NCBI GenBank assembly: GCA_964016885.1
Contig: OZ024743.1
Coordinates: forward strand, 246,512,001 to 246,576,000
Direction: 5' to 3'
DNA length: 64,000 nt
From: Eledone cirrhosa
Taxonomy: Eukaryota
The position numbers were made by a program, and so were the translations under genes. Shown here piece by piece: positions 12,629-26,120 of this stretch (position 1 is its first letter; each line of letters opens with the position of its first letter). The notes below the pieces were generated by a model. That model was not told the origin of the DNA, searched no databases, and saw only the letters and a program-made list of their open reading frames with translations.

Positions 12629-15600
12629 ATGTTTCTTTATTAGCCACAGAGGCACAAAAGAAGGGGACAAATACAAAGGAGGAAGTTTACATACAATAAA
12701 AACGTGTAAAATACTATCCCAAATGCAATTTAAAATTAATAGATTTTCCCCAATAAGGGGAGACATTACATATGGGTAACACATACCCCCGTAAAAAATG
12801 TGCAACCCTCATCTCCAGGAGTACGAAGAGTGAGTACCCCTTCCTCTCTTCCTCTTTTTCCTCAACCTACAGGCTGATATAGAGAGAAGGCCCATTCACT
12901 CGGGCCATTCTCGCCACTTTCACCCACCTTTCATAAAACTTGCTGGGGCACAGCACCTCTCTCTCCATCCTGATTCTTCTTCCAAAGTGGTATTTGAAAA
13001 AAAGAATCAGTTGTTGGCCGGAGAGAAAGGTGTCTGACCTCAGCCCTTTTAACCTCGTCCACCATAGTTATCACACAAAGGAAAACCGCCTCTCCTTCGT
13101 TTTTGAAGGAGGGTGGCGGTTTGATCATGACAATGGACTCCGTGGTCAACCGGATTGGTCCCACCCGTGAGAATAGTCATTCTACATAGCCCCACAGGTC
13201 GGTAACGCTCGGGCAGTGTACGAATGCATGCGCGATGGTTTCTTCGCCTCGCACGCATCTCGGACAGATATTTTTGGAAGGGTCCCTTCCCGGGGCGCCC
13301 ATGTCTGTAGAGCTTGTCTCAAACTGGTAAAGCTCCTCGGTAGCACTGCCAGGCCAGGGACTTTTGGAAGTTGTCCATCAGTCCCGGGCAGAAGGTCCTA
13401 CCGAACAGACTAGCCAGTTCGTCTTCCTCTATGCCTAGAGTTTCTCCGAGCACGTCGTCACACTTTCTGCGGACAAACCCTCTATAGAACGACGAAGTGG
13501 AGTCTCCACTGATCGCCGAGTCCGCCTGCCAGAGGGCTGTGAGCGCCTGAGCACATTCGATGTGCCAGTCACCCATTTTCCTCGGTCTTTGCTTGACCCA
13601 GGACTGCAGCTCGATCAGCGAGACGAGTCGTGGGAAGGCTTGCCTCACGAACGGGCCCACACCGGTTGTCAGGTGAGGAATATGTTTGCGCATCGTCAGC
13701 CACAGCATCCCCAGCCCTCCGTTGGAAGGGTGTTGGCAGCAGATGGATCTTCTCACCAAAGGAGCCCGTTTCTTCCAAAGGAATTGGAAGAGCGCGCGCT
13801 CCATTTTGGTGAGAGTTTTGGCTGGACAAGGCACGACGGTCAAGCGGTAGTAGATGACGGACGCTATAAAAGTATTCGCCACCTCCGCTCGACCTTTCAA
13901 GGATAGTTTGCACTCGGCCCACTTCTGAGTGAGCGCAAACACCTTGGTCATCACCTCGTTCCAGTTCTTCTCCACCTGGAGGTCCGGACCAAACCAGACC
14001 CGAACAGCTTCACCGGTCCTTCCGTCCAGCGTCTGTCGACGCCATCGGAAGGAATCGGTTTGCCTCTCCACGATCCGAGTTGCAAACCAACGGACTTGTC
14101 CCGGTTCAGCTTCACTCCTGTGAACCTTTCATATTCCTTCAGTAAGGTGCCGACTTCCTCGATTTGCGAGGTGCTCGACACCATTACTGTCACATCGTCG
14201 GCATAGGCCGATGCCACTTTCCGCAGTCCCGGTTCTAGAGGGATGCCCTACAATAGCTCCAACTTCCGCAGTAGTGGCTCGAGAGTCAGTACTTACAGAA
14301 GGGAGGAGAGAGGGCATCCCTGTCGGATGGATCGCGTGATATGGAACGGCTCCGAGAGGTAGCCGTTCACCTTGACCCTTGAGCAGATGTTGCTGTTATG
14401 CCTTGCAGCAATCCAGCCCCTGAACACGAGTCCGAAGCCTGCCACCTCAGGCACCGCATCCAGGTAACGATGGTCAACCCTATCGAGATCCAAGTTGATC
14501 AGGGTTTACACCCTACCCTCTCTATGATGTCTCGCATGAGGTGGAGGTTGTCGTGTATGGACCTGGTCGGGATGTCTGCGTGTCTGCGCTTCTCCCACCA
14601 GGTTTTCGAACGACAAGCGCCAGCCTCTTTGCCAACACCTTGGCCAAAATCTGTAACTCTGTGTTTAGCAGAGTTATGGGCCGGAAGTTGCCTATGTCAT
14701 CCCCCTTATTCTCGTCCTTCCTGACTAGTGTGACTACGCCCCTGGTCACAATACTGGGAATTCTTCCGTTCTGCTGCCAGTTGCAGTAGACCGCTTCCAG
14801 GAGACCAGAGAACAAGTCCGGCATTGGTACGTAAAATTCGTAGGGTAGGCTGTCGAGACCTGGAGATTTGCGTTTGCCGCATTGGCTCAACGAGTCCCCT
14901 ACCTCAGCGGCTGAAATCGGCTTTTCGCAGAACTTCACCTCGCTGTCCGAGAGTCGCAGTAGGCCGTCGAGGTATGGACCGAAATCCATAGACCATCCCG
15001 GCGCGCCGCCCTGCCTGAACAGCTGAGCAAAGTGCCGCTGAAAGGCCGCGCACATCTGCTTCGGTTCAGGTATCACGCGTCCGTCTTGGTCCTTCAAAGA
15101 CCGAATCGTGGATTTGTTGCCACTTTTCGCCTCCATCACCCGGGCTCAGCTAACAGCTTTGGCTCCCTTTTTATCCAGAGCACGTATTTTGCTTCTGACA
15201 ACGCAGCCCTCTAATTGCCACTTCTAATTGCCTCTTCTACTTTATCTACCAGTTCCTTCTCGGTCCTATTTCTATCTAACGTTAATTCTTTACTAAAAAC
15301 TAACGAGTCTAATCTAACTGCCTTCTTGAGAGAGTACCACCATCTGTTATTGACAATAGCCCCTGTCAAGTGCTGTTTAACTAAAGTGCGAATCTGTCTA
15401 CCATAAGCTTTGCATGTCGGTAACGACAAGTTCAGCTTCCAGTAGCCGGGTCCTTGTCTATGGGTTCTATCAAGGTTGACTAGTTTGTGATCTGAATAGG
15501 CAACCATGAACATTTGTGGACAGCTTAACATGTCCCTATCCTTATTTCTAACTAGAACCCTGTCTAGGTACGATCTAGATGTTCCGCTACGATTAGTCCA

Positions 15601-15712
15601 CGTCCACAGTGGCACAGTCGGAAAATCTAGTCGATATCTATCGGCCAGGTCAAATTGGCCGATTAACTGTTTGAGGCTGTTACATCCCCCTTTATCGGGA
15701 CATGCTCCCACA
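12629..15712 (-). mobile_element. Tx1/L1-clade LINE truncated within the APE domain
   Basis: SYLDRV, SDH and WKLN (APE end), RT motifs including AYADDV, several frameshifts. Confidence 0.9.
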
Positions 15713-16210
15713 GATAGATAGATAGACACCGTGTGTAGATGTTGACTGGATAGATCGACACATCATCATTATCCTTTGACATGATTGGTATTCCAGCCAG
15801 CCAGGCCAAAGAATGATAATGTGTATACCTACCCAGTTAACATCTACACACTGTGTCTATATATACAGGCAACATCTACACACTGTGTCTATCTATATAA
15901 TCAAATCTACACACTGTTTATCTATCCAGTCAACAGCAAACTCACACTCTATCCATCCAATCAAATTCTATACACTGTGTCTATCCAGTCAATATCAGTA
16001 CACCATGTCTATCTATCCAGTCAACATCTACACAGTATCTATCCACTTAACATCTACACACTGTCCATTTAGTCAATATCAGCACACTGTACACGACTGT
16101 ATGTAAAATCCCCGGCATGTGTCTTTGTATTGTCCCCTTTTCTTGTGCGCCCTTGTGGCAAATAAAGAAATATATCTAGTCAACATCTACATATCCAGTT
16201 AACATCTCCA
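15712..16210. repeat. Minisatellite array containing a short Tx1 3' end (about 16120-16170, + strand)
   Basis: TGTCCCCTTTTC...CCTTGTGGCAAATAAAGAAA is followed by TATATCTAGTCAACATCTAC. Confidence 0.8.
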
Positions 16211-16211
16211 C

Positions 16212-17448
16212 CAATGGTTGCCAAACTTCTTTTATTCACAGCACATTTTAGATAAAGTAAAATATATTTTGGCACACTTTGCTATTTATACATATTAACA
16301 TAGTATAAAGTAGAAATATAGATACATGCCAGCTCGACCAGCACTGTCTCACATGTTTTCGCTTGGCCTCACAACCCCACTGCAGTGTCTGGCACAATGC
16401 CTTACCTTCGTTTTGCCTGGCACACAGCTGGATAATGATAACCTGCGAATCAGGGTTTCTCTGAGGCTTGGCCTCTGGATCTGCGAGCCACTTAAATGTT
16501 ACTGTGGATCCACCATAGACTCTTTCAACCTCCACCCACTGTCCTGTTGTTACAGTGCCGGCCGCTTTCCACACTCAATAAGGTCATAAAGCATGGCTTG
16601 GATGCTGCAGGCTTCCCCTCTCAGCTTGAGCTGGCAGGGCTGGACTGAGAGGACAGCATGACTATCTTCCCATTTCATTGTAGTAAACCCCTCACCTGGG
16701 ATGCCACATGCAGCAACACATTCTCCAGTGGCAACCTGGTGCAATCTGCATCTAGCCCAGGCTCTGTTGTACTTTGTGCCGAGGAGAGTAAACTCTCCAA
16801 ATATTGGTCACTCTCTGACAGGTTTGTGGTCGAGCCTGATCAGTTGTGACTTCTGGTGTCCTTGGCCCTAGGGCCACCTCCCCACTCACCACCATCAGCA
16901 CAGAGTTGGCTACCCGCAAGTCTCCCTCATCATTCTCCAGGGAAGCACCTTCTCTATTTTGTCTGTCAGAGCCACATGGTGGCCAGCCCATGGGCCCCTA
17001 TTTGCTCATAATAGTGAGAGATGGAGGTACTGACATTGGGAGTTTGGTTCCTTTGTGTTTGGACCGGGTGTATATGTATATTTATTTACTGCAGCACATA
17101 TTAAAAGTATAATCTGTTTCCAGTGAGGAGTTAAGGGTTAACTCTTTTGATACCAAATTGTTCAAAACCGACTTTGTTTTAAAGAGATTATATTTAATTA
17201 AAAATACTGAAAATACATTTGTACTTCTTTCTTTAATCAATAAATGGAGCAAAGTTATCAATGGTGGTTTTTTGGTAATGTTTTCGTTCTTAGTTTGATT
17301 GTTTTCTACTTTGACAGTTATATATATGGACTTTATTATGAATTTCAATTTGTATTTTTTATGTTTCAAAATCTTGCTCTTTTGTGGCACACTTAATTAC
17401 ATCTTGTGGTACACCAGAGTGCCAAAAGGCACAGTTTGGGAAATGTTG
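16212..17448 (+). mobile_element. hAT (Charlie-like) MITE with a nested CRE fragment
   Basis: Degenerate TIRs CAATGGTTGCCAAAC and GTTTGGGAAATGTTG, the latter followed by CTCTAG. Confidence 0.6.
16340..16990 (+). pseudogene. CRE-clade non-LTR retrotransposon C-terminal fragment (zinc knuckle plus restriction-like endonuclease)
   Basis: [29 protein letters not shown], then PLTWDATC and AEESKLSKY, matching CRE RLE motifs. Confidence 0.75.
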
Positions 17449-17944
17449 CTCTAGCCACTGATTCGCACACATTCATATGTTAACGCTAACCTACACATTC
17501 ATTTTTATGCTGAAGGCATCTTTGAATTAAAAATTCAACAGTCTATTTTGATTGTCTAATAAAAATGTCAAATATTTTTATAATGCTGTAAACAATGATT
17601 GTCCTTGTTTATTCTGGTGGGAAAGTAAAGTCTTGAATTTTACAATTTGCTGTAAAAACAAAATTTTTTTAAAAATTTAAATACCTAATTCCTTTCTATT
17701 TTATTTCATTCCCTTCTTTATTTAATTAAATGAGAATTTATTTCAGAAATATTTCCCAGAAAATCTTTTAAAAGATTTTTAATAAATTCTATTGATTTAG
17801 AATTTCATATTCACTTGTATATATTTACAAACAGGAAGAGAGAAAAGAAAAGAAAAGAAAAGAAAAGAAAAGAAAAGAAAAGAAAAGAAAAGGGGGGAAT
17901 AAATAAAAAGAAGAGGAAGAGGCAAACTCTACATGTTTGATGGT

Positions 17945-18320
17945 ACATCTCAGTTGCAGTCTGTGGACAAGAAGCCGAAAGCATTGCCACATAGAACAGC
18001 CAGTGATACCCGCTGCATCAGCCATTCCTCCCCATGGCCTCCTTTCTTAAGCAAGATATTTTCTTCCCAATTTGGCAGAGGAAAACAACATTTCCGGAGA
18101 CGAAAAGCAAGTGCCACTAAGAGGAATTGGTGAGTCACTGCCTGGCATTTAGTTATCTGCCTCTTTGCATTACATGCAGTAATATCCATGTTTGTGACTG
18201 AAGTGATGATGCGGACACTGAAGAACATGTTGCTACATGTGCCATCCAAGATGAGTGACTTACCCCTCTTGAATGGGCTGAGGATTATCCTGTCTGTACA
18301 TCTATCATCACTGCAGTATG
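17945..18320 (-). pseudogene. Second CRE-type RLE fragment
   Basis: PFKRGKSLILDGTCSN and WLMQRVSLAVLCGNA resemble the QRLSxAVQRGNA C-terminal motif. Confidence 0.65.
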
Positions 18321-19902
18321 GTTTCCGTTTATAGATAAAAAATAAAGGACATGACTGTATTGTTTAGGAATGAATTAAAGCTGTATTAATCTTTTATTTA
18401 GTTGTATTGAACATTTATCATGACATTTTTGACAAGCTAATCAAAATGGGTCAAATGGATTTTTCTTCATTCTAGACTTTTATCTTATTTACTTAGAGAT
18501 TATGAAATTAGGTAGAATCCCCCATCAGCAATAAGTATTTAGATCCCTGGCAAAAAGCCCTGAGGTTTTTGTCTGGTAGGGATTTTGTTCAGTGGGGTTT
18601 TGTTCAATAAGATTTTTGTCCATAACCCAAGTATTTATTAGGTAATAAAAATCCATTGTCATACAAATGTACTTAAATAACCTTCTATAAATGACTTCCC
18701 ATGTAATATGATAGCTAGAGTACTTCCTCACTCAGCGTGGCGTTCTAGTTATTATATGATAATTGCAAAAGAGAACATTTATGGCAAACTAATTCAAAGC
18801 TTTTGTTCTCATTTTCAAGATTTCATCTATATCTTTTGTACACAGGGTATACAATCGCATTTGAAACTTTAGCTATTGTCGCCTTATGTATCTTGACTAT
18901 TGGCTACAAGTTTTCATTTGAACTTCTTGTGATAACAGTACTAGACACTATGCAAAAACATTACAAAGTTCATAAGACAAATAATTAAAATTCATCACAG
19001 CCAGATTCATTTCATTTATTAGAAGAAATGAATCTGGCATGATGAATTTTAACTAAAAAGACTGTAAGGCAATTTTACAAATCAATTTGAAACACTGATA
19101 CACTTCTAGGGACAAGCATGAATGCGTATGGTGGCGAATTGGAAGAGATGTTTGAATGTTGGTTCTTGTACTGACTCTTTTTGCTCAGAGTTCAAATCCT
19201 ACCAAGATTAACTTTGCCTTTGATCCTTTTGGTGTTGATAAAATAAAGTACCAGATTGGGGTGGTAGAATAACAGAATTGTTAGAGTACTGGACAAGATG
19301 TTGTGCAGTACTTGTTTCAGCACTTTGGAATCTGAGTTCAAATCCTCCTGCTGCAGACCTGGGTGATAAGCTTAATCCATTGCCTGGTTTAACATTAAAC
19401 CAGGCTCTTTAGCAGTCTACTCTATTACTAATATTCAGGCCAGATCTCCAGGTTGAAAATACCTTCCTCCTATCAATCTCGGATGCCTTGAAAAGGGTCA
19501 TGGGTGAGGGTCATGGGCACTACACTTCCCTCCTCAACTAAATAGTAGATAAAACAATAACAACAACAAAACATGGATATGTGAAAACAGCTCTGATTAG
19601 GACGGAAACTGTTTAATTAGCAACAAAAGAAGACTACTACAGTTATTATATTCTCTTGCAATAAATACTCCTATTTAGAGGTTCATTGCTTTATAACTGG
19701 GCTCAATGCCAATGTAGGCATAACAAGAACAACAGAAAGCTGAAGTTAAACTGCCAGTGCCAGACTGGGCTGACCTGAAACTGAAAATTACAAACAGAGG
19801 TATTAGGAATGGTTAAACAATAAAACTAAAAGCCTGATAGTATTTTACAATTTCAATGTTTTTATGAGTTTCCTTTTTTATTTGTTTAAAATAGAAAACC
19901 AA

Positions 19903-19957
<55 letters not shown>

Positions 19958-19959
<2 letters not shown>

Positions 19960-20100
19960 GCATCCAACTGTAGAAAACCTGCCAGACAGTCCTATGCGAG
20001 CAAGACAATCACTCTTGCCTCAAGTGGGAAAACCCCCGTCCAAACCCATGCAAGCGTGGAACACGGACGTTAAACGTTGATGATGATGATGATGATGATA
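19958..20100 (+). mobile_element. RTE 3' tail fragment
   Basis: CCGTCCAAACCCATGCAAGCGTGGAACACGGACGTTAAAC followed by (GAT)n. Confidence 0.75.
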
Positions 20101-20133
20101 TGAATGTATGTATATGTAAATATATATCTATGT

Positions 20134-22052
20134 ATCATCATCATCATCATCACCGTTTTACGTTCGTTCTTTCACCCTAGCATAGGTTAGACGGGTTGTC
20201 CTGTTGTGACCAGTGTCCGGTCGGCTGACCTTGTCTTGCTCATACGGGAACTGATTCTGGCTTGATTTCTACAGCTGGATGCCCTTCCTAACACCATTCT
20301 CATTTACAGTGAGTGCTGGGTGCTTTTTTCCGGGGAACCTACACGTCCACTTTACAGTGTGGGCTGGGTGCTTTATTGCTGTGGCACCTCCACAACCACT
20401 TTGCAGTAGGAGGGTGTGGAGGCATATTGTCTATATGCTTCAGCTTCGGCTTGTACCCATGGGTGGTCGGGTCTTCTGTATTACTGTGTGACGCCAGAGG
20501 TCACGGTCGTGTGTCATCGCCTTTCAGAGGTATAATTAGGTAAGGTCGGCTTTTATCACCTCATCCCAGGTCATCTTGGGTCTCCCCACTCCGCGGTTTC
20601 CAGTGCTCTGCACCTTTTTATGCAGCTGTCATCCTTCATACGCATCACATGTCCATACCAACGCAACCGCCTCTCCTGCACACAGCATTTGATTCCTCTT
20701 ATGCTCAGTCTCTCTCTCAATTCATTTATACTTTGCCGTTCACGTATATTACTATTACACATCCATCGGAGCATGCAGGCTTCGTGTCTTTCTAATCTAC
20801 GCAAGTCTTTTACAGACAGCGCCCAGGTCTCACTACCATGTAACATTGCTGTTCATATACACGCATCATACAGTCTGCCTTTCATTTTGAAGGAAAAGCC
20901 TTTTGCAGCTAGCAGTGGCAGTAGCTCCCTGAACTTCTTCCATCCCATTCTTACCCTAGTTATGGTACTTTCCGAACACCCACCTCCGCTGCTAATTCGG
21001 TCACCTAGGTAGCAGAAGCTGTCTACTGTTTCTATAGAGCCCTCCCAGAGTTTGGTGGTACTTGTTTCCTGTGGCTGTTTGCTGCTTGCTGTCCCAGCAC
21101 AGCTGCTACATGTGAAGCCTACATTCTTAATTAAGCTTCCTGAGATCCCGCTACATCTCTTGTGTACCCATTGTTTGCATTTGGGGCACAAAATGGAGTT
21201 CCTACCTACACCTTTCCTACATACTGAGTAAGGCCATTTCCCTGAGGGGATCTGGGTTCTGTTTTCTCGTCTACTTACAAGGACCTTAGTCTTTGTCAGG
21301 TTGACTTTGAGACCCTTTCTTTCTAGTCGCTGCTTCCAAGTTTGGAATTTCTTCTCTAGTTCTACCATAGATTCAACTATAAGTGCGAGGTCATCTGCAT
21401 ACAGGAGTTCCCATGGGCATCCGGTCTTAAACTCTTCCGTTATTGCCTGCAGGACTATGATGAACAGGAGAGGGCTAACAACAGAGCCCTGGTGGACCCC
21501 AACCTGTACCCTAAATTCCTCGCTATACTCATTGCTAATCCTAACTTTGCTGACTGCTCCTCTATACATGGCTTGTACAGCTTTCACAAGCCATTCATCT
21601 ACTCCTAGTTTTCTAAGAGCCCACCAGATTATAGCACGTGGAACTCTGTCAAAGGCTTTCTCGAGATCGATGAATGCCAGGCAGAGTGGCTTACTTTTAG
21701 CTAGGTACTTTTCCTGTAACTGCCTCACAAGGAAGAGGGCATCAGTGGTGCCTCTTCCTGGCACAAACCCAAATTGCCTCTCATCTAGTTTCACCCGGTC
21801 CCTAATCAACTGTGCTATAACTCTTTCTGTTACTTTCATGACCTGGTCCATCAGCTTTATACCTTTATAGTTTCCTCTATCTAGTGCATCACCTTTACCT
21901 TTGTAGCAGTTGACAATGATGCTACTGCACCAATCCTTTGGTATGACACCTTCTAGTATTACCTGGTTAACAATACGTGTGGTTATGGTGTGACCTACAG
22001 ACCCAGATGCCTTCAGCATCTCGGCAGCTATACCCGATGGACCGGTTGCCTT
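20134..22052 (-). mobile_element. RTE-clade LINE, 5'-truncated (RT with PHD-like insert)
   Basis: ORF 20853-22019 has QFGF, DLEKAFD, GVHQGS, LYADDL and FCYLG; (CAT)n tail. Confidence 0.92.
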
Positions 22053-22083
22053 CCCTGTATATATATATATGTATTAAATGTAT

Positions 22084-22119
<36 letters not shown>

Positions 22120-22123
<4 letters not shown>

Positions 22124-25100
22124 CCTGCTACGAGGTACGAATCTCAGAATTTGTCAATGCTTATTAATGGTCAGACCTCGTCGCCCCCCTCCCCCCTGCA
22201 AAATGTAATGTAAATGTCATTTTTCTTGTCTCTCCAGCCTATCGGTCCATTCATTCATATATCCGTATCATCGCCCAGAATCCAATCTTTTGCTCTCTCT
22301 CAATGCTATTCTATAATTCTGTCTGGTTGTTCTAAATAATCTTCTTGTATTTTAAAATCCCATTATTCACTTATTATTACTGTTATATGCTTGTCCAATT
22401 ATGCCCAAAATTCGAAGATTTTATTTAAACCCTCTTGCTAACTACCCCATACCCCTCCCACCCGCCCCATTCTCCACCATTATTATTAGGACCAATCATA
22501 AGTCAGCGGCCTATGCTATCACTTCTGGTTGCTTTCTGATATGATGGATGGACTATGGAATTCTGGAGAGTCTGAAAAATTTGGACACTCAGTGACAATG
22601 CCAAAGATAAAGACAAATTCACCTCATGCTGCCGGACGAAAAGGCAAGGACTCCCCCTCTTTGTTTCGGCCGCGAATGGCCCACATAACCCCAACCCCAT
22701 CTCCCCTCCCCGCGCCCCGCCGTTCCCACCCACCAAATGCAATCCAAAACTTCAGAGTTGGTACCATGAATGTAGGCACCTTAAAAGGTCGCTCTAACGA
22801 GGTTGTAGAAATGCTTGAACGTAAGGAGGTTGATGTTTGCTGTATCCAAAAGACCAGGTGGAGGGATGGGTCTGCTAGATTCATTGTGGGTAAAAAACGA
22901 TGCTATAAGCTTTTCTGTGTGGGAAATGACAATGGGCTGGGTGGGGTAGGAATCATGTTAGCAGAAAAATGGGTACATAAGATAATAGACGTAAATAGAG
23001 TGAACGACAGAATAATTAAAATAAGACTTATTCTAAATAGAACTACTGTGACAGTAATATCTGCGTATGCACCCCAATCCGGACTGCCTGGCGCTATAAA
23101 AACAGATTCTATGAGACATTGATGCTCGCTACCTCCCAAATAACCGACAGTGACTATATAATTATTGCTGGCGACCTAAATGGTCACGTTGGACAACATT
23201 GTGACGGCTATGACGGAATCCATGGAGGCTATGGGTTTGGTACTGGAAATGAGGAAGGCTCCAGAATCCTGGAATTCTGTGACGCAAATAACCTAACTAT
23301 CTGTAACACTAACTTCAAAAAACGAGACAATCACTTGATCACCTATAGATCAGGGGAACACGCCAGTCAGATAGATTATATCCTTACCAGAAGACTAAAT
23401 CCCTCCCTCATGACTCTCCCAACATAGACTCATAGTCAGCGACCTCATAGTCAGGACAAGACATACTCGACAACAGAGGAGGACTATCCTCAGGAGAAAA
23501 ATATGGAAGCTAAAGGACCCCACAACAAGTAATAAATTTAAAAGCATATTACTTGATGCTTTTGATAGTAAGGCAGAGCAATTAGAGCCATACAATATAG
23601 AGGAACAGTGAGAATTCCTGAAAGGTAACCTGCTGAAGGCGGCAGATGAAGTCTGTGGCTGGAGCAGGCCTATAGGCAGGAGGAGAGTAACGTGGTGGTG
23701 GAACAGTAAGGTGGAGGAGTCAATTAAGGCCAAAAAGCAGGCTTGGAAAGTATGGCGGGATGGGGGAAGTAGAGAAGACTATCAAGTGGCCAGGGGGGAA
23801 GCTAGGAGACAAGTGTACTTTGCAAGAAGGGAAGCAGAAGAAAGAAAGTTCAAGCATGTTCTACAACGCGAGGACCAAAAACGTGAGGTGTTCAGGATTG
23901 CTAGGCAATGTGTCAAGGAAAATATTGTCGGGGAGAAGTGTCCTTAATGATGATGGTGTACTTGCCATCACTGACGCTGATAAGAAGGTAGCTTGGAAGT
24001 GTCACTACGAAAGGCTACTAAATGAGGAGAATAAATGGGAGAAAGACAGTCTCCCCCACATCGATCCAATAGAGGGACCAGCAGTGCTAGTTGAAGGTAG
24101 TATAATAAGTAAGGCAATCAAAGATATGAAGACGGGTAAGGCGGCTGGGCCTTCGGAAATAGTTGCTGAAATGCTGAAAGCATCTGGAACGGTGGGACAC
24201 ACTATGATCACCCGGATAGTAAACCAAGTCATACAGAATGGGGCCGTTCCGAAGGACTGGCGTAGCATCATCATCATTAACTGCTACAAGAGTAAAGGAG
24301 ATGCCCTAGATAGGGGTAACTATAGAGGCATTAAATTAATCGACCAGGTCATGAAGGTCACAGAAAAAGTAATAGCGCAACTAATCAGAGAACGAATTGA
24401 TCTAGATGAAATGCAGTTCGGGTTTGTGTCAGGTAAAAGTACCACAGACGCTCTTTTCATTGTACGACAACTACAGGAGAAGTACCTAGCTAAAAGTAAA
24501 CCCCCTATACTTAGCTTTTGTTGACTTGGAGAAAGCCTTTGCCAGAGTCCCCCACTCTATTATCTGGTGGGCTCTTAGAAAACTAGGTGTTGATGAATGG
24601 CTTGTGAGAGCTATACAAGCCATGTATAAAGAAACAGTCAGCAAGGTTAGAATTAACAACGAATATAGTGAAGAGTTTAGCGTAAAAGTTGGTGTTCATC
24701 AGGGCTCCGTTCTTAGCCCCCTACTATTTATTATTGCCCTTCAGGCTATAACAGAGGAGTTCAAGACCGGCTGCCCATGGGAACTCCTATATGCAGATGA
24801 TCTAACGCTCATAGCTGAATCAATGGCTGAACTAGAGAAGAAATTCCAAACATGGAAGCATGGCCTAGAATCAAAAGGCCTTAAAGTTAACTTGTCTAAG
24901 ACTAAAGTTCTAGCTTGTGGAAAGGAAAATAGGGCACCGGTCCCTTCTGGGAAATGGCCATGCTCAGTGTGTAGGAAAGGAGTAGGCAGAAACTCCATTT
25001 TATGTCCCAAATGCAAAGTATGGGTGCATAAAATATGTAGTGGGATCACAGGTAAGCTAACTAAGAATATAGATTTTATATGTGGCCGGTGCTCAGGTGC

Positions 25101-26119
25101 AATAAGTAGCAGCAAGTGCCCACAGAATACTAGCTCATTCCATTGCACAGATGGTTCTATAGAAACAGTGGACACCTTCCGTTACCTGGGTGACAAAATC
25201 AGCAGTGGTGGAGGGTGCTCTGAAAGTACAGTAGCTAGAGTCAGAACGGGATGGAAAAAGTTCAGAGAGCTTATACCACTATTGGCCGCTAAAGGTTTCT
25301 CTCTAAAAATGAAAGGCAGGATGTATGATGCCTGCATACGAACAGCAATGTTACATGGCAGTGAGACCTGGGCATTGTGTGCAGAGGATATACGCAGACT
25401 GGAGAGAAACGAAGCTTGCATGCTCCGCTGGATGTGTAATAGTAATATACGTGAACGGCAAAGCATAAACGAACTAAGGGAGAAATTAGGAATAAGAGGG
25501 ATCAGATGTTGTTTACTCGAGAGAAGACTACGTTGGTACGGTCACGTGATGCACATGAAAGACGACAGCTGTATAAAAAAGTGCAGGGCGATAAAAATAG
25601 ACGGTAGCCACGGAGTAGGCAGACCCAGAAAAACCTGGGACGACTTGATAAATTCCGACCCTCACACACTTACACCTCTCCAAGACAATGTCACTGGACC
25701 GAGATCTTTGGCGCTACACAGTAATACAGAAGACCCGCCTTGCCTAAGTACAAAGCGAAACCTACAGTCAGTAGGCACCTCTAACAAAAATACACCCCCG
25801 TCCCACCACCCCACCCCTTTCGATGTAAAGTTATGTTGGTACCACAACATCCAGTCCGAAATAAATGAGGTCGTGTAGGTGTCACGAAAAAAAAAAACAC
25901 ACAGTCCACGCTGTAATGTGGCCGTGTAGGTAACACGGTTAAAACCTCCCAGTACACACTGTAAACGTGGTTGGTGTTAGGAAGAGCATCCAGCCGTAGA
26001 AAACCCGCCAGACAGTCCTATACGTGCAAGACAACCAATCTTGCCTCAAGTGAGAAAACTCCCGTCCAAACCCATGCAAGCGTGGAAGATGGACGTTAAA
26101 CGATGATGATGATGATGAT
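22120..26119 (+). mobile_element. Near full-length RTE-clade LINE (APE plus RT), frameshifted
   Basis: APE motifs (GTMNVGTL, SAYAPQ, GDLNGHVG, QIDYIL), RT motifs (EKAF, HQGS, YADD) and (GAT)n tail; the 5' boundary is approximate. Confidence 0.9.
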
Positions 26120-26120
26120 A

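Noticed and set aside
9301-16210. Repeat-spacer immune-like locus
   Set aside because: The apparent spacers are 5'-truncated LINE copies of one family, better explained by targeted insertion.
19670-19790. Possible minus-strand exon after ttttcagtttcag
   Set aside because: Good acceptor but no clear donor or recognisable protein; cannot be supported without RNA data.
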